From Eledone cirrhosa (taxonomy: Eukaryota), in contig CAXHJY010001169.1 in NCBI GenBank assembly GCA_964016885.1, positions 79,306 to 143,305 on the forward strand: a stretch of 64,000 nucleotides of DNA, read 5' to 3'. Positions 13,108 to 25,227 of this stretch are shown in pieces. The translations under genes and the position numbers were made by a program. The notes below the pieces were generated by a model. It was given only the letters and a program-made list of their open reading frames with translations, did no database searches and was not told where the DNA came from. The first letter of the stretch is position 1, and each line of letters starts with the position of its first letter.

Positions 13108-13387
13108 GGTGGATTGACAGTATCGGTAGAGGGTCTGATGCCATGCTTTGCAGCATAGTTACGTCCCTTTACGATCTGAGTTCAAATCCCGCCGAGGTTG
13201 ACTTTGCCTTTCATCCTTACGGGGTCGATAAAATAAAGTACCAGTAATGCACTGGGTAATTGCTGGCCTTGTGCCAAAAAGTAGAAACAATTATTACGCC
13301 TTTCATCTTCACGGCGTTGATAAAATAAAGACCCAGTAATGCACTGGGATAATTGCTGGCCTTGTGCCAAAAGTAGAAACAATTATT
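13108..13387 (+). mobile_element. SINE family 1 plus tandem 3'-half copy
   Basis: Full copy 13108-13295 followed by a second core+tail segment. Confidence 0.88.
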
Positions 13388-13789
13388 ACAAATTACGCGT
13401 TAGGGCTCGTAAATGTCTTATACTGATAAATGTGAAATGGGCGAAAATTGTCTGATATAGGCAAACGGGTAGTACCAATGCTCTGATTGTCATGACAATT
13501 TACACATTAATGTAAAAGGTGCCGAGGAAGCGACAGGTCTACTCGGGGTTTCTAAATTGAAAAATGTGGTCTCTAGGGCCCAAAAACGGTCTTTTTCTAT
13601 CGATTTTACCTCTCGATAGTTTCTTAGCTTTACTCTCTCCGTCGCTCTTCCCTCTCTCTATAATAGATCATTCCCCCTCTCTATAATTTAACTGCTTTAC
13701 TCTCTCTGTCGCTCTTCACTCCCTATATGACAACACTGCAGAGAGAGATAGGCCGTTAGACAGAGAGAGATACAATTAAAGTGTTAGAT

Positions 13790-13829
<40 letters not shown>

Positions 13830-13967
13830 ACCATCAAACTTTAGTTAACTTTCACTTTCATCCATACGGGGTCGATAAAATAAAGTACCAGTAATGTACT
13901 GGATGATTGCTGGCCTTGCGCCAAAAGTAGAAACAGTTATATATTTTTGATCTGTCGTCGCTCGCAT

Positions 13968-14045
<78 letters not shown>

Positions 14046-14046
<1 letters not shown>

Positions 14047-16667
14047 TACTTATATAAAGCTGAGCGTCGTGTGTATGTGTATGTATGTATGTAGCCTACA
14101 CTCCTCCCTATACTATTTAACCTAAAATACTTTTATATCCATCTCTTAGTGAAGCATTTTCAATTCATTATACGTAAACAATGACATTAATTTTTCGCTT
14201 GGGAACAACGGCACCAAACACTACCCCAGAGCCTTCACCAGGGAAACTTTCACTGGGGTTGACGGCTACCCCATCTACCGGCGGCGTGCTCTCGATTTTG
14301 GCGGCCTTTCGCTAGGATTAAGAAGAAAGGGAAAGCATACGACATTGACAACAGCTGGGTGGTGCCTTACAGCCCTTTGCTTGCTAAAATTGTTAATGCT
14401 CACATCAATGTGGAGTCCTGCACATCTGTTAAAAGCATTACATACATATGCAAATACATCAACAAAGGCGGCGACATGGAGGTGGTTGACCTCAGTGATG
14501 GCGTAGAATCAAAAGACGAAATTACCAAGTTCATGATGGGAAGATACATTTCGTCCAATATGGCGGCTTGGCGCATTTTGGGGCTTGAAATTCACTGGTG
14601 CTCTCCAGCAGTTGTTAACTTGGATGTTCAATTAGAGAATGGTCAACGCGTTTATTTCACTGAGGAAACCGCATCGGCTGCTGCCGAACAGCCACCTGAG
14701 ACGACGCTTACAGCATTTTTTAAGCTATGTTCTGTCGATACGTTTGTATTTACCCTTTTTTACGTCGATGTACCTATCTACTTCACTTGGTCGCATGCGT
14801 GAAGCGCCAGCTACTCGAGGATGATGCCCACCTGAACGTAGCGTTGACAGAGGCTGCTGAATGTAAGATGCCTCGAGAGATGAGACGTCTGTTTTGCATA
14901 ATGCTATTGTTCTGCGGCATAGGTGAGCCCCTTAAGCTTTGGGAAACGCATAAGGACAACATGTTAGAGGACATCCTCCGTAGACTACCAGCAGAAGATC
15001 CAGCGGCTGGCTTTGCTTTCAACGACGCGGTGTACAATGAGACCCTCATTGACATGGACAGCAATCTTAAAGCTCTTGGAGTTGGCGGTGTATCTGATTT
15101 CGTTTGCCACAGCCTCGAAACACTCAGTGCTTTAGATGTGGAGTTCATGCATGAGTTAAATTACAACATCGACGATATGACACATCAGGTAGCTCAGGAC
15201 GAACCCAGACTTTTGCATGACCAGAGACGGGCATATGACAGAATTCTCTCCAGTGTCAATTCAAATGAGGGACGGCTATTTTTCCTGGATGCTCCTGGCG
15301 GAACAGGAAACACTTTTCTCATCAACCTTTTGCTTGCGAAGCTACGAAAAGACAAGCGGGTTGCTTTAGCGGTCGCCTCCAGTGGTGTTGCAGCGACACT
15401 GCTACATGGCGGTCGTACGGCACACTCCGCATTCAAATTGCTTTGGACATTGCAAAGAAGGAGAATCCTACATCTAGAATAGATCGTGGCGACCCTAAAG
15501 CACACCTTCTTTCTGAGTGCTGCCTGATCATATGGGACGAGGCTACCATGAGTCACAAGGCGGCCTTTGAGGCTCTGGATCGAACTCTTAAGGACTTGCG
15601 TCGGAACTCACGCGTCATGGGTGGAGCGACAGTACTGCTGGCTGGCGATTTCCGCCAGACTCTTCCTGTTATCACTAGAGGCACTAGAGCTGACGAAGTG
15701 AACGCATGCATCAAGTTGTCCTACGTATGGCAGTATGTCCACAAACTACATCTGACTACCAACATGAGAGCGCATGTCCATGGTGACGCAGACGCCATCG
15801 ATTTCTCAAAACATCTACTGGAAGTTGGTAATGGAACTACACCTGGAGTGGATGAAGAGCATATCCATTTGCCTTTTGGGAACTTTGTGTTAAACATTGA
15901 CGAATTAATGTCATCTGTATTTCCAGACCTTGAATCACGCTGAAAGGGAGAGCTATTTTGGCACCACAGAATGTCACTGTTGATGTGATGAACCAAAAAC
16001 TACTCGATCAGATTCCCGGAAATGAAGTCTCCTTCAAGTCAATTGACACCAATAAAAACGCGGACGCCGCCGTCATTTACTCAATTGAATTCCTCAACAG
16101 TCAACTACCCCCAGGACTTCCTCCTCATGATCTGAAACTGAAGGTTGGTGTGCCAGTTATGCTGCTGAGAAACATGGATGCACCAGAACTATGCAACGGA
16201 ACGCGTTTAATCATAACAAATTAAGGACACAAATTCTGGACACAACCATTTTAAGCGGACCCGCTGCTGGCGCGACAAGGTTAATTACCCCTATGAGCCT
16301 TAGTCACTCTGACGTCCCCTATGAATTTACGTGACGGCAGTTTCCCATAAAACTCTGCTTTGCAATGCGCATTAACAAAGCACAAGGACAATCGCTGCAA
16401 GTGGTTGGCCTAAATCTAACACAGCAGGTATTTTCCCATGGTCAACTATACGTCGGATGCTCCCGCGTCGGCAGTCCACACAATCTCTTCATTTGTGGTA
16501 ACCCGGGCAACACCAGGAACGTCTACAAAGAAGCCCTGCAATAACATGTTTGAACCTTACTCTACCCAACGTCTCTCTGTGAAACCACTCTCTTCACGTC
16601 GCCCCTCAACTTATTAACTTAATAAAAAGTGGCCCCGAGTAGCCCCGAATGCAACCGGCTCAGCTGC

Positions 16668-16670
<3 letters not shown>
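14046..16670 (+). mobile_element. Helitron, deleted autonomous-type element
   Basis: Rep/Hel relic; 3' end CCCCGAGTAGCCCCGAATGCAACCGGCTCAGCTGCTAG|T. The 5' boundary is approximate. Confidence 0.88.
14200..16544 (+). pseudogene. Helitron Rep/PIF1-type helicase pseudogene
   Basis: GYPIYRRR, VVPYSP..NAHINVE..YICKYINKG (Rep). FFLDAPGGTG, ASSGVAATLLHGGRTAHS, IIWDEATM, AGDFRQTLPV, LCNGTRL, INKAQGQSL, FSHGQLYVGCSRV (SF1 helicase). Frameshifts and a deletion near 14795. Confidence 0.93.
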
Positions 16671-16704
<34 letters not shown>

Positions 16705-16930
16705 CTCTTCGCTATCGCTTCTTTCCCTCATGGTTTTTTTTTATAGATAAAAGGCTAAGGGCGCGCTACGGATAGATGTATTGTCTACAATGTGCTAAAA
16801 CTGACGAAGGGAAACTGTCCATCTCTTGTTTGTGTCGCCTTACCTTCTAACACTCCTTATCAGTAACCACACAGCCTCGTCTCCCTCAATCTATATTTTT
16901 GTGTATATATACATATACACACACAAAAAT

Positions 16931-17037
16931 GTTTACGGCCATATCACGCTGAAAACACCGGTTCTCGTCCGATCACCGAAGTTAAGCAACGTCGAGCCTA
17001 GTTAGTACTTAGATGAGAAACCTAGGTCTTGTAAGCA
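16931..17037 (+). pseudogene. 5S rRNA pseudogene with internal deletion
   Basis: GTTTACGGCCATATCACGCTGAAAACACCGGTTCTCGTCCGATCACCGAAGTTAAGCAACGTCGAGCCTAGTTAGTACTTAGATG...GTAAGCATTT. It is 107 nt and lacks the GGTGACCGC..GG segment of the internal control region. Confidence 0.92.
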
Positions 17038-17040
17038 TTT

Positions 17041-17516
17041 ACACGATTCCGTGTACCCAGTGCCGTGACATCATCAGACTGCTTCTTACATAATAAGGTT
17101 CGCTCCCGAGGCAATCTAAATTGAATCGACAAAGGAACGGACAAAGCGGGTGTTCTTGAATCCTTCGCCCGTTCCCTTGTGAGTCCCAATTCACCCCCAC
17201 CGGTTTGCGCAGGTGCAAGTCCGAAGGAGGTTGACTATCCACTACTCCAAAACTCTACGAAACTTGCCTAGGCAGGTAAGCTCCCACACCCCATATCACC
17301 CCCATCCAGGTCTTTAATATGACACGGTTATAGTTTACTGCTAGTCGCCCTGCCAGTGGCAGTTGACTGAGACCTAGTGTTGGTGGCAGAGTATGAGTTT
17401 CAATAAGCCTCGATACTACCCCTAAATCGATTCAATTTGGATTGCCTCGGGAACGTAACCATATTATGTAAGAAGATGTCTGATGATGTCACGGCACTGG
17501 GTCCACGGAATCGTGT
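17041..17516. repeat. ~90-bp imperfect inverted repeat (17041-17130 / 17427-17516), PLE-type inverted insertion
   Basis: ACACGATTCCGTG...AATTGAATCGA versus TCGATTCAATT...CACGGAATCGTGT. The right arm runs into an HHR-like fold. Confidence 0.85.
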
Positions 17517-17549
17517 GGTCACTGTCGTCATTGAAATATGTATCACAGC
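17475..17549 (+). ncRNA. Type I hammerhead-like motif with atypical stem II base
   Basis: GATGT CTGATGA TGTCACGGCA...TGTCGTCATT GAAA TATGTA TC ACAGC. Confidence 0.6.
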
Positions 17550-18369
17550 ATTATCATTAGAGGATTTTAACATCTGAAACTACTTCACATTTTCTTATTA
17601 TAAATATAGTCCGTCACATAAATATAGACCTTGAGCCAACCATCTATGAAACCCACGTATCAATAAAACCCACATAATCAAAACATTTTTATACACTCTG
17701 CTTTAGCATTGAATGCTAATATTGGTACCATCTCCAGTGATCCCCAACGTTACTAAAACTATTGAATAAACTATATATATATATATGAAAAATATGGGTG
17801 AGAAGAATACTGCTGGTTGCACATGGATAACATGTTATAAAAGAGTCCCTCATCAGTGATTTACCAAACGATCATGGGTATTTCATCGCATTAAAAATCA
17901 TATACCTCACGTTGGAGCGATAATAACTAAAATAAGTTATTAGGACAATAGAAACGCGTAAAGCGAGTGAGACAAGTAAACAACACAGGGGGAAGCTAAC
18001 CGAAGATGGAAATAAACACAAGCAACATAGTTATTCTTTCAGCATAAGCTGTGTGAATATATGCGCGAGTTAGAAACAGACCTTTCGCTAGTGAATCCGG
18101 TGTTAGAAAGAAGGAAAACCGTTTTCACAGCGAACGGGAGGAAGAAAGAAGGGGAGAAACAGGGACTGAGTGAGTGGGAGTGCGAGGAAGAGGTCAGTAG
18201 AGAGAAAGTGTTAACTGACATGGCAGAGGGGACGAAAGAAAGTAAGAGAAACAGAGAGAACGAGGGAGCAGTAAGAGAGAAAGAGAGAAACCCTACGTTT
18301 GTAGGGTTATTTTAAATCCCCAGTTACGGAAGAAGCTGATTAATTGTTTACGGACCCGATCTGTACTAC

Positions 18370-18768
18370 TGGGGTTGTACCCTTTAAGGGTAAGGAGCCC
18401 ATCATCACGGTACAATCCACCGCCGAATGCAGGAAACGTATCGGTGAGTTTGGCTATTAAGAATAATCCTTCAAGACCCAGCTATACCAACACAGACATA
18501 CCTTCCGAAACCCGGCCCGGCGTCACGCCACTACACTTTCGGGCCACATATGGGACCTCAAGGATAACAACATTACCTATGATCTCACTTGGAGATTACT
18601 GTCCAGAGCCAACTCTTACACGGGAGGACGCCGTCCGTGCAATTTATGCTCGGAGGAAACTTTACAAATGCTGTTTTTGACGGGCCAACTCCTAAACAAG
18701 AAAGATGAACTGGTTACTGCATGTAAACACAGATTGCGTAAAACTTACCTCGCCCTCAAACCCCATAA
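18370..18768 (+). pseudogene. Penelope-like GIY-YIG endonuclease C-terminal relic (absent from the ORF track)
   Basis: Hand translation: FKTQLYQHRHTFRNPARRHATTLSGHIWDLKDNNITYDLTWRLLSRANSYTGGRRPCNLCSEETLQMLFLTGQLLNKKDELVTACKHR, homologous to the 45 kb and 47 kb relics. Confidence 0.88.
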
Positions 18769-19884
18769 TGACCGGGGGGGGGGGGGGGGGGGTTAGACTA
18801 GGGCTATAACACCCCACTTGCCGATTTTGTAATGGGTAACCCCTGCTTGCTAAGGTAGACGTAAGATCTTCTTTTATATCTTTTTATCGCTTCCTCTATA
18901 TTTCCTTCTTCCCCCATCCCTCCCTAGTCCTTCCACCCCAGTTCTCTTTCTTTGTCATCGTCTTTTTCTCGGTCCTTTGTAGCCTCAGTACCCCCACCCC
19001 CTTCCCCTATTCTATGATAGATTTGGCCGACTCCGCTTTTTATAGCAGATGCGTTAGACCCCGGATACTTGCCCTCCTATCCGACCGCTGCCCTTTTTCG
19101 TGCTTTCTATATTTCTTAGTGGTATCTTTGCTTTAATTTCTCGTTTATCAGTATTTTTTTTTTGGAGGGGGGGGGGGGGGATTCTGAATTAATCTTCCGT
19201 ATCAAATTTTACATTTACTTCGTACGAGCTTTTATGTAGCTTGCACTAGAACTTTTGTATCGTGGCGGCACTCTTAGAGATAGTATTAGTATTCTTTTTC
19301 GGGACTCTGAATTATTATTTCGTATTAGTTTACTTTTTTGCACTGGGTGGTTGCTGGCCTTGTGCCTGGGGTAGAAACCTTTATTTATTATTTCGTGGTA
19401 GTTTCTTTAGCATTTTGGCCCCTCACTTGTTGACCCGTCACCGTAAGATATACTCGGTTTATTACTTATACCTCTTAAAAGGGTCTCATTATAATTCCGT
19501 CCCACCTAGTATATTTTTTTAGCCCAGCAGTACCAGTGAGAGACTTAGGTCGTAGTAACCAGAAATTGTTTATTTTTTTTTTTTTTACATTTAATTGCTT
19601 TTTAACACTCTCAGTACTTTTCTATATATTTACCCCTTATTGTTCTACTTATTGTTTCGACTTCCTCCCCCTCCCCCTCCCTAGTATCTTCTTTGACCTC
19701 ATGCCCAGCTGTAGTCGGCACTACCAACGTATGAATGGGTCTCCTCCACCCCCTCTCCCTCTTTCTCCTACTGGCAGGTTTAGCTACCCCTTCCCTCCAC
19801 AAATTGCCATCATAGAATTATTATGTCTCAACAACAAACTTTTGACCAATCCTTGTGACAATCACTTTGACCATATATGGAATT

Positions 19885-19980
19885 ACCCCTTGAGAAGCTC
19901 GGCTATTCAAATACCAGGATATAAATTTTCATTTAGTCCAGAATTAGCCGTCGAAACGGCTTGAGCTCAGCCGTCGGGGT
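19885..19980 (+). ncRNA. Type I hammerhead ribozyme, U3-A8 core variant
   Basis: Stem I ACCCC/GGGGT; TTGAGAA; stem II G..CGGCTA/TAGCCG.C; GAAA; stem III ACGGCT/AGCCGT with a GAGCTC-containing loop; GUC site. Lies ~1.1 kb downstream of a same-strand PLE relic. Confidence 0.8.
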
Positions 19981-20042
19981 CCTACTCGTTCCTATATATA
20001 TATATATAACGATATATTATCACTACATTATTGATAACCTGA

Positions 20043-20087
<45 letters not shown>

Positions 20088-20278
20088 TATTTAGGTTTAT
20101 TGGTTTACCACTGGATAGAACTGGTCATTCCATATGGTCAACCTCGATGTAATATTAGGGAAAGTACTCAACGTAATGCAAATCACCCGTCTTCGTTTGT
20201 GTAGTTGGTGCGAGTACGGAGTTAATTATTATAAGATAACAGGAGGCTGGACTGGTGTAATTCCTTAAAAGGTTTATT

Positions 20279-20336
20279 ATACTATGATCATTTCAATGAC
20301 CGGGTTCTGTATGAATCCGGTGACATCATCAGGTAT
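20279..20336 (-). ncRNA. Type I hammerhead-like motif with atypical stem II base
   Basis: Minus strand: ATAC CTGATGA TGTCACCGG...CCGGTCATT GAAA TGATCA TA GTAT; palindromic stem III ATGATCAT. Confidence 0.65.
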
Positions 20337-20559
20337 TTGAAATATAACAAAGGAATTTAATAGACAAAATCCACGGGGCTGATGAGGGCGACCGAACATT
20401 CAGCATCTTCTACCCTGGTAGAGAGAGAGAGAGAGAGAGAGAGAGTTAGTTCCACAACAAATTAGCAAACCACACTCGAGGACGTGCGTTTCACGCCATC
20501 AGATTAAATTGAGTTCTATCAACGGTACGGACCCTACCACCAAGGGTAGACCACACTGA

Positions 20560-20705
20560 AAAAAAAAGAAAGAAGGAAGTGTGGTGTGTGGCAAGGAACC
20601 AGGTGGACCATAACGCACCAGAGTACTCAATACTTAGTGGGTAATAGGAACATTTTCAAGATCCCGACGGCAGCGCTCAAGCCGTTTCGACGGCTATTTC
20701 TGGAT
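20560..20705 (-). mobile_element. PLE pLTR fragment (3' half of the 19.9-kb HHR family)
   Basis: Matches 19935-19995, 21660-21805 and 28200-28335. Confidence 0.75.
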
Positions 20706-20956
20706 CTTTTTAAAGTGAGGAAAGATTGTGCACTGAGCCAATCCCACTCTCTGAGCGACAGTAGCTATAACCCGAAAAGAAGAAAAGATCAACATTATCG
20801 GTAATTACTGAGCCGCAGGTTTTATATCGGAGTTATCCCAGTTTCCTGCGTTGCCTTCTCCTAGAAGAATGCCATAACAAAGGTTAGGGGTCCTTCACTC
20901 CAAGTGGTTTAACCGCGCGATCGGGTGTCCAGCCCGACTATTTCTATGTCCCCGCG
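20706..20956 (-). mobile_element. RTE LINE 5' UTR fragment
   Basis: Highly similar to 36340-36590 and has the same 5' end (GCGCGGGACATAGAA). Confidence 0.85.
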
Positions 20957-21029
20957 CATATACATACACATGCACCCATGGATATACACATATACATATA
21001 CATATCTACATGTGTATATACATATTTAC

Positions 21030-21320
21030 ACACTGCTGGATGGTCGTTTACTCTTATGAGTTCTTCCGCCCTTTGTCAGGTTTTGTTTTTTGTCCTGCAG
21101 GGTGTCCAAAATCACCCTCCTCCCCAAGAAAACTTGGTGGGGTTGCCGGTTTAGTCACCGATGACCCGACCATGCGACAGGTTGTACTGTGTTACATGTT
21201 ACCAGTAGCACTCATGAGTGACCCGACACACACACACACACACATATATATATACACGTATATAAAGGCACTGCACAAAGCCAGTCCCACTCTCTTAACC
21301 AAGATGATATTTACCAAAAA
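21030..21320 (-). mobile_element. Fragments of RTE-derived non-autonomous family B
   Basis: 21030-21226 matches 37360-37550; 21265-21320 matches 22095-22152. Confidence 0.8.
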
Positions 21321-21321
21321 G

Positions 21322-21540
21322 AAGGCGTGTGGCTGAGTGGTTAGAGAATTGGATTCGCAATCGTAAGGTTGTGAGTTCGATTCCTGGACCAGGCGATGCG
21401 TTATGTCCTTGAGCAAGACACTTTATTTCACGTTGCTCCTTCTACCTGGAGTTGCGACCGATAGATAGTATTAGCAATTGGAAAGACCAACGGAAACATT
21501 GTTCCCTCGGTCCGATTTGACGAAAGTCGATCGTTCCTTT
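21322..21540 (+). mobile_element. tRNA-derived CORE-type SINE
   Basis: GGCTGAGTGGTTAGAG (A-box)...GAGTTCGATTCC (B-box)...TGTCCTTGAGCAAGACACTTTA (CORE-like). Second copy at 25228-25445. Confidence 0.82.
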
Positions 21541-21572
21541 ACACGTATATATATATATATATTATATATATA

Positions 21573-21802
21573 TAGGAGAAAGTATGACCCCGACGGCAGA
21601 ACTCAAGCCGTTTCGACGGCTATTTCTGGACTAAAGTAAGAGTTTTTAAAACATCTCTTACTTTAGTCCAGAAATAGCCGTCGAAACGGCTTCAGCTCCG
21701 CCGTCGGGGTCATACTTTCTCCTATTACCCACTCTACTACCTTAAGTATTGAGTACTCTGGTGCGTTATAGTCCATCTGGTTCCTTACCACAACTCCTCC
21801 GT

Positions 21803-21805
<3 letters not shown>
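21573..21805. mobile_element. PLE pLTR fragment with 5' inversion (arms 21573-21642 / 21655-21724)
   Basis: Head-to-head copies of the HHR 3' half, flanked by (TA)n. Confidence 0.8.
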
Positions 21806-21850
<45 letters not shown>

Positions 21851-21854
<4 letters not shown>

Positions 21855-22312
21855 TGGCTGCCAACTCGTTTTCGAGTACGTCCACTACTTTATATCCATG
21901 TAGGAGAATCCCTACCGATGCGCTGAACGAGTGTGACTTTTTAGTCCAGCCAGTGACTTGAAAACTCTGGTACAAACACTACACTTGTGACAATTATTGA
22001 CACAGTGCTGGGCCCATGGTACCATGTGACGACAAGTGCAGAGAGATCTCCAGATATAAAGCAATGCCTGTGCCGTGAAGCTTTTATAGTGAGCAAAGGC
22101 ACTGCACAAAGCCAGTCCCACTCTCTTAACCAAGATGATATTTACCAAAAAGAAGAACAAGTCAACATCATTGGATACCATCAGGGTTGCAGGTGTTATA
22201 TCAGAGTTTTCCTTCTCCTAGAATTCTGCCTTGACAAAGGCTAAGGGGTCATCTCTCCCGGTGATTTTGGATGGCCATTGACTCTTAAGAGCTCCTTTGC
22301 CCTTTGACAGGT
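21851..22312 (-). mobile_element. Bipartite RTE-derived non-autonomous element, family B (5'-truncated)
   Basis: RTE 5'UTR motif CTAGGAGAAGGAAAACTC joined to a 3' end encoding CSVCTRVFKSLAGLKSHTRSAHR*, then the tail CTCGAAAACGAGTTGGCAGCCACCAT. Confidence 0.88.
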
Positions 22313-22349
<37 letters not shown>

Positions 22350-24639
22350 CATACATATACATACATGTATATACATATACATACATATATACATTCATAC
22401 ATTTACACTCGTATTTTTAGAGCAAGAAATTGGATTTGATGCATTTAAAAAGTTAAAAAGAACCGTAATAAATACTGCTAATCATTTACCGACGCTATAA
22501 CGACTCTACTAATTCAACAGCTTCAAAACATAACCCAAAGCAATTCAAAGGAATGTTACTCTGTTTACCTTTATTGTTATCTACTAGAGTTGTTTCCCAT
22601 TACAGAGTTGCTTCTCTTTACATATATACTTTTTTTTATAATTCTATTTTTAACGCTGGGATTGAAACCATAACAAAAAGTACTCTTAAATAAATGTAAA
22701 AATATATATAATTAATTTAATAATATCTTGATACCTGGTATACTCACCGGATGATTAAAGAATTTCATGATGTTTGGCTTCTATATGATAAATACGATCT
22801 CAGCCGTCATTACAGTGAAATGTTTAGTTGCATAAAACATCGAAAAATCCTGCTAGAAATAACAACCAAACCACACATTGCCGTCTTTAAAAAAGAAAGG
22901 GAACATTGGATATTGTCCTAGATACAATATTTTAAAAGAATTCTTTGTTTTTGCTACTGGTTTCAGTCCCAAGATTGTGGTCATGCTAGGACACCACCTA
23001 CAATAATTTTAGTCTACCATATTAACGCTACGCTGATACTTATTTTCTAGGTCTCTATTTGTTGAAATGCCAGGTTTGAAATATACAAGGTGTCCCCCAA
23101 AAATATATACACACTTCAACAGCATTATATTAAATTTTGCCTGTACAGATAATCAAAGTGTGTATATAGTTTTTAGTATATAGTTTTTAGAAGAACACCA
23201 TTTAAACAACACCGGTTTGTATACAATCACAATGTTCTTCCATATAGCTTTCGTCTATCGCATCCCCCATGTTCACAAAGCATTGTTCAACCCAAAGTTA
23301 TCGCAGAAGACACTTGTTGAAGGTGCCACACAGTGATATTGAACGTGGAACCACGTGGTTGGAAAGCAAACTTCTTAACCACACAATCATGTCTGCTTTG
23401 AGTACGCCTAAACATATAGACGGAATGGTCATGGATGGAATACTTCGATAAAAGGTCTGTTTGATTAAGTTTAGCATGAGTAGTTAAGCAACAACAACAA
23501 CCAAATCACCCCCCTCTCCACCGTCGCTTATATTTCTTTTACCCTAACCCATTGTCTACTTGGTTCGAAACTAATGCGTATATGGCTTCATATGCAATAT
23601 ATTTATGTATAAGAAACATATATAGAGTCTCAGTGTGAGTATTTTAAGCTGTAAGTATTTTAAGCTGTGATTATATCACGTCTACCTTGGCATATGTTTA
23701 AAAGCGCTGTATGCAGATTACAAGATTCTTTAATCTATCATCACCAGATGCTTACTCACTATATAATACTGATGTATTAATAGAAGAAGCATTCATTTTT
23801 TAAAATCATTATATAAATACGTCTACAAAGCTTTTACAGGGATGCTAAGGTGGCTGTGATATAACCATAGCTTGAAATACTCACATCGTAATTATACAAT
23901 GTTTATTATACACAAACATTACTATACACATAAATATCGTATATGGGTCCATATATACCTTTATTGTCGCTAGTAGTCTGTCTGTATCGCCATTTTACCC
24001 TCCTGGCGTCTCTGTCCCCTTCAATTTCTCTCTTTTTCTTTCCCCCTTCTCTTTTAAGAATGACAGGAACTGTAGTATTTCAATTGACTTTAATACTGAT
24101 GTTATAAGAAGAATTGTAGTGAGATGGTTGGGTCATGTGCTGAAGAAGTATGAAAGTGACTGTATGAGGGGTGTGATATAATGAATGTGGAGAGAAGTAG
24201 AGGAAAGGGAAGACCATAATGTCCAAATTATTCGATCAATGGAACAAACTGCTCATGAAATTAATGTATAAGTGATCGAACATTCTATTGTACTCTATTC
24301 CCAGGGAACTTTAGCGTGACACAATATGTGACATGGCTAGCCCTTTGAATTATAGGTACCGTTCACCCACATGAGCTTCCAAACAGTTTCCGTCTACATG
24401 ATTTTACTCACAAGATATGGATCAATCCGAGGCTATGGTCAATGGCACTTGCCCAAGTTATCACGCTGTGAGATCAAATCCGATCAAACCCGAGAGCTAA
24501 TGATTTCGAACTTTTTAACCATTCAACCAAGCTGCGCCTCAACAGAAACGTAGCAAAGGATAACACAGCCGATTATTTTACCAGTGAACATGCCTTGGCT
24601 TAGAGAGTTTTAGTCATAGATAATACATTGCAATAATAA

Positions 24640-24828
24640 TTGTTTCTACTTTTGACACAAGGTCAGTAATTATCCCAGTGCATTACTGGTACTTTATTTT
24701 ATCGACCCCGTAAGGATGAAAGGCAAAGTTAACCTCGGCGGGATAGGAACTCAGAACGTAAAGAGGCATAACTCTATGCTGCAAAGCTTGGTGTCTGACG
24801 CTTTACCGATAATGCCAGCCCACCGCCC
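24640..24828 (-). mobile_element. SINE family 1
   Basis: Matches family consensus. Confidence 0.88.
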
Positions 24829-25227
24829 TTATATATTGCAATAATAATAACAATAACGATAACAATAATAATAAGTCTTTGTATTTTGTTAGAGCTTTTT
24901 TTTTTTTTTTTTTTTGTAAACATTTTAGTAATTTCAAAAATTCGTTTTTCCTTTTCTGTTAACAAAAAGAGGGGAAAAAAAGGGGGGGGGATCGACGACA
25001 CTCACACTCAATCACACTGCAACAAGGGGCTGCTGCAGTTACCTCTAATCATTTTCAAGGTAAACTAAAACACGCGCATCATTACCTCGGGTGATAGCGA
25101 GACTAAGACAATGGAATATCTAAGCACCCACACCTATGAACTCACAGAACCTCCAGACAGGAGCTGGTATCATTTCCGACTCATCCTGGTCTTTATAAGA
25201 TACTTTACATCAGATTATATTACACAG

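Noticed and set aside
20375-20408. CTGATGA-GG-GCGA-CC-GAAC hammerhead-like string
   Set aside because: GAAC instead of GAAA, and no stem I or III pairing.
21322-21400. tRNA gene candidates (A/B boxes)
   Set aside because: No complete cloverleaf; they continue into SINE bodies, so they are SINE heads.
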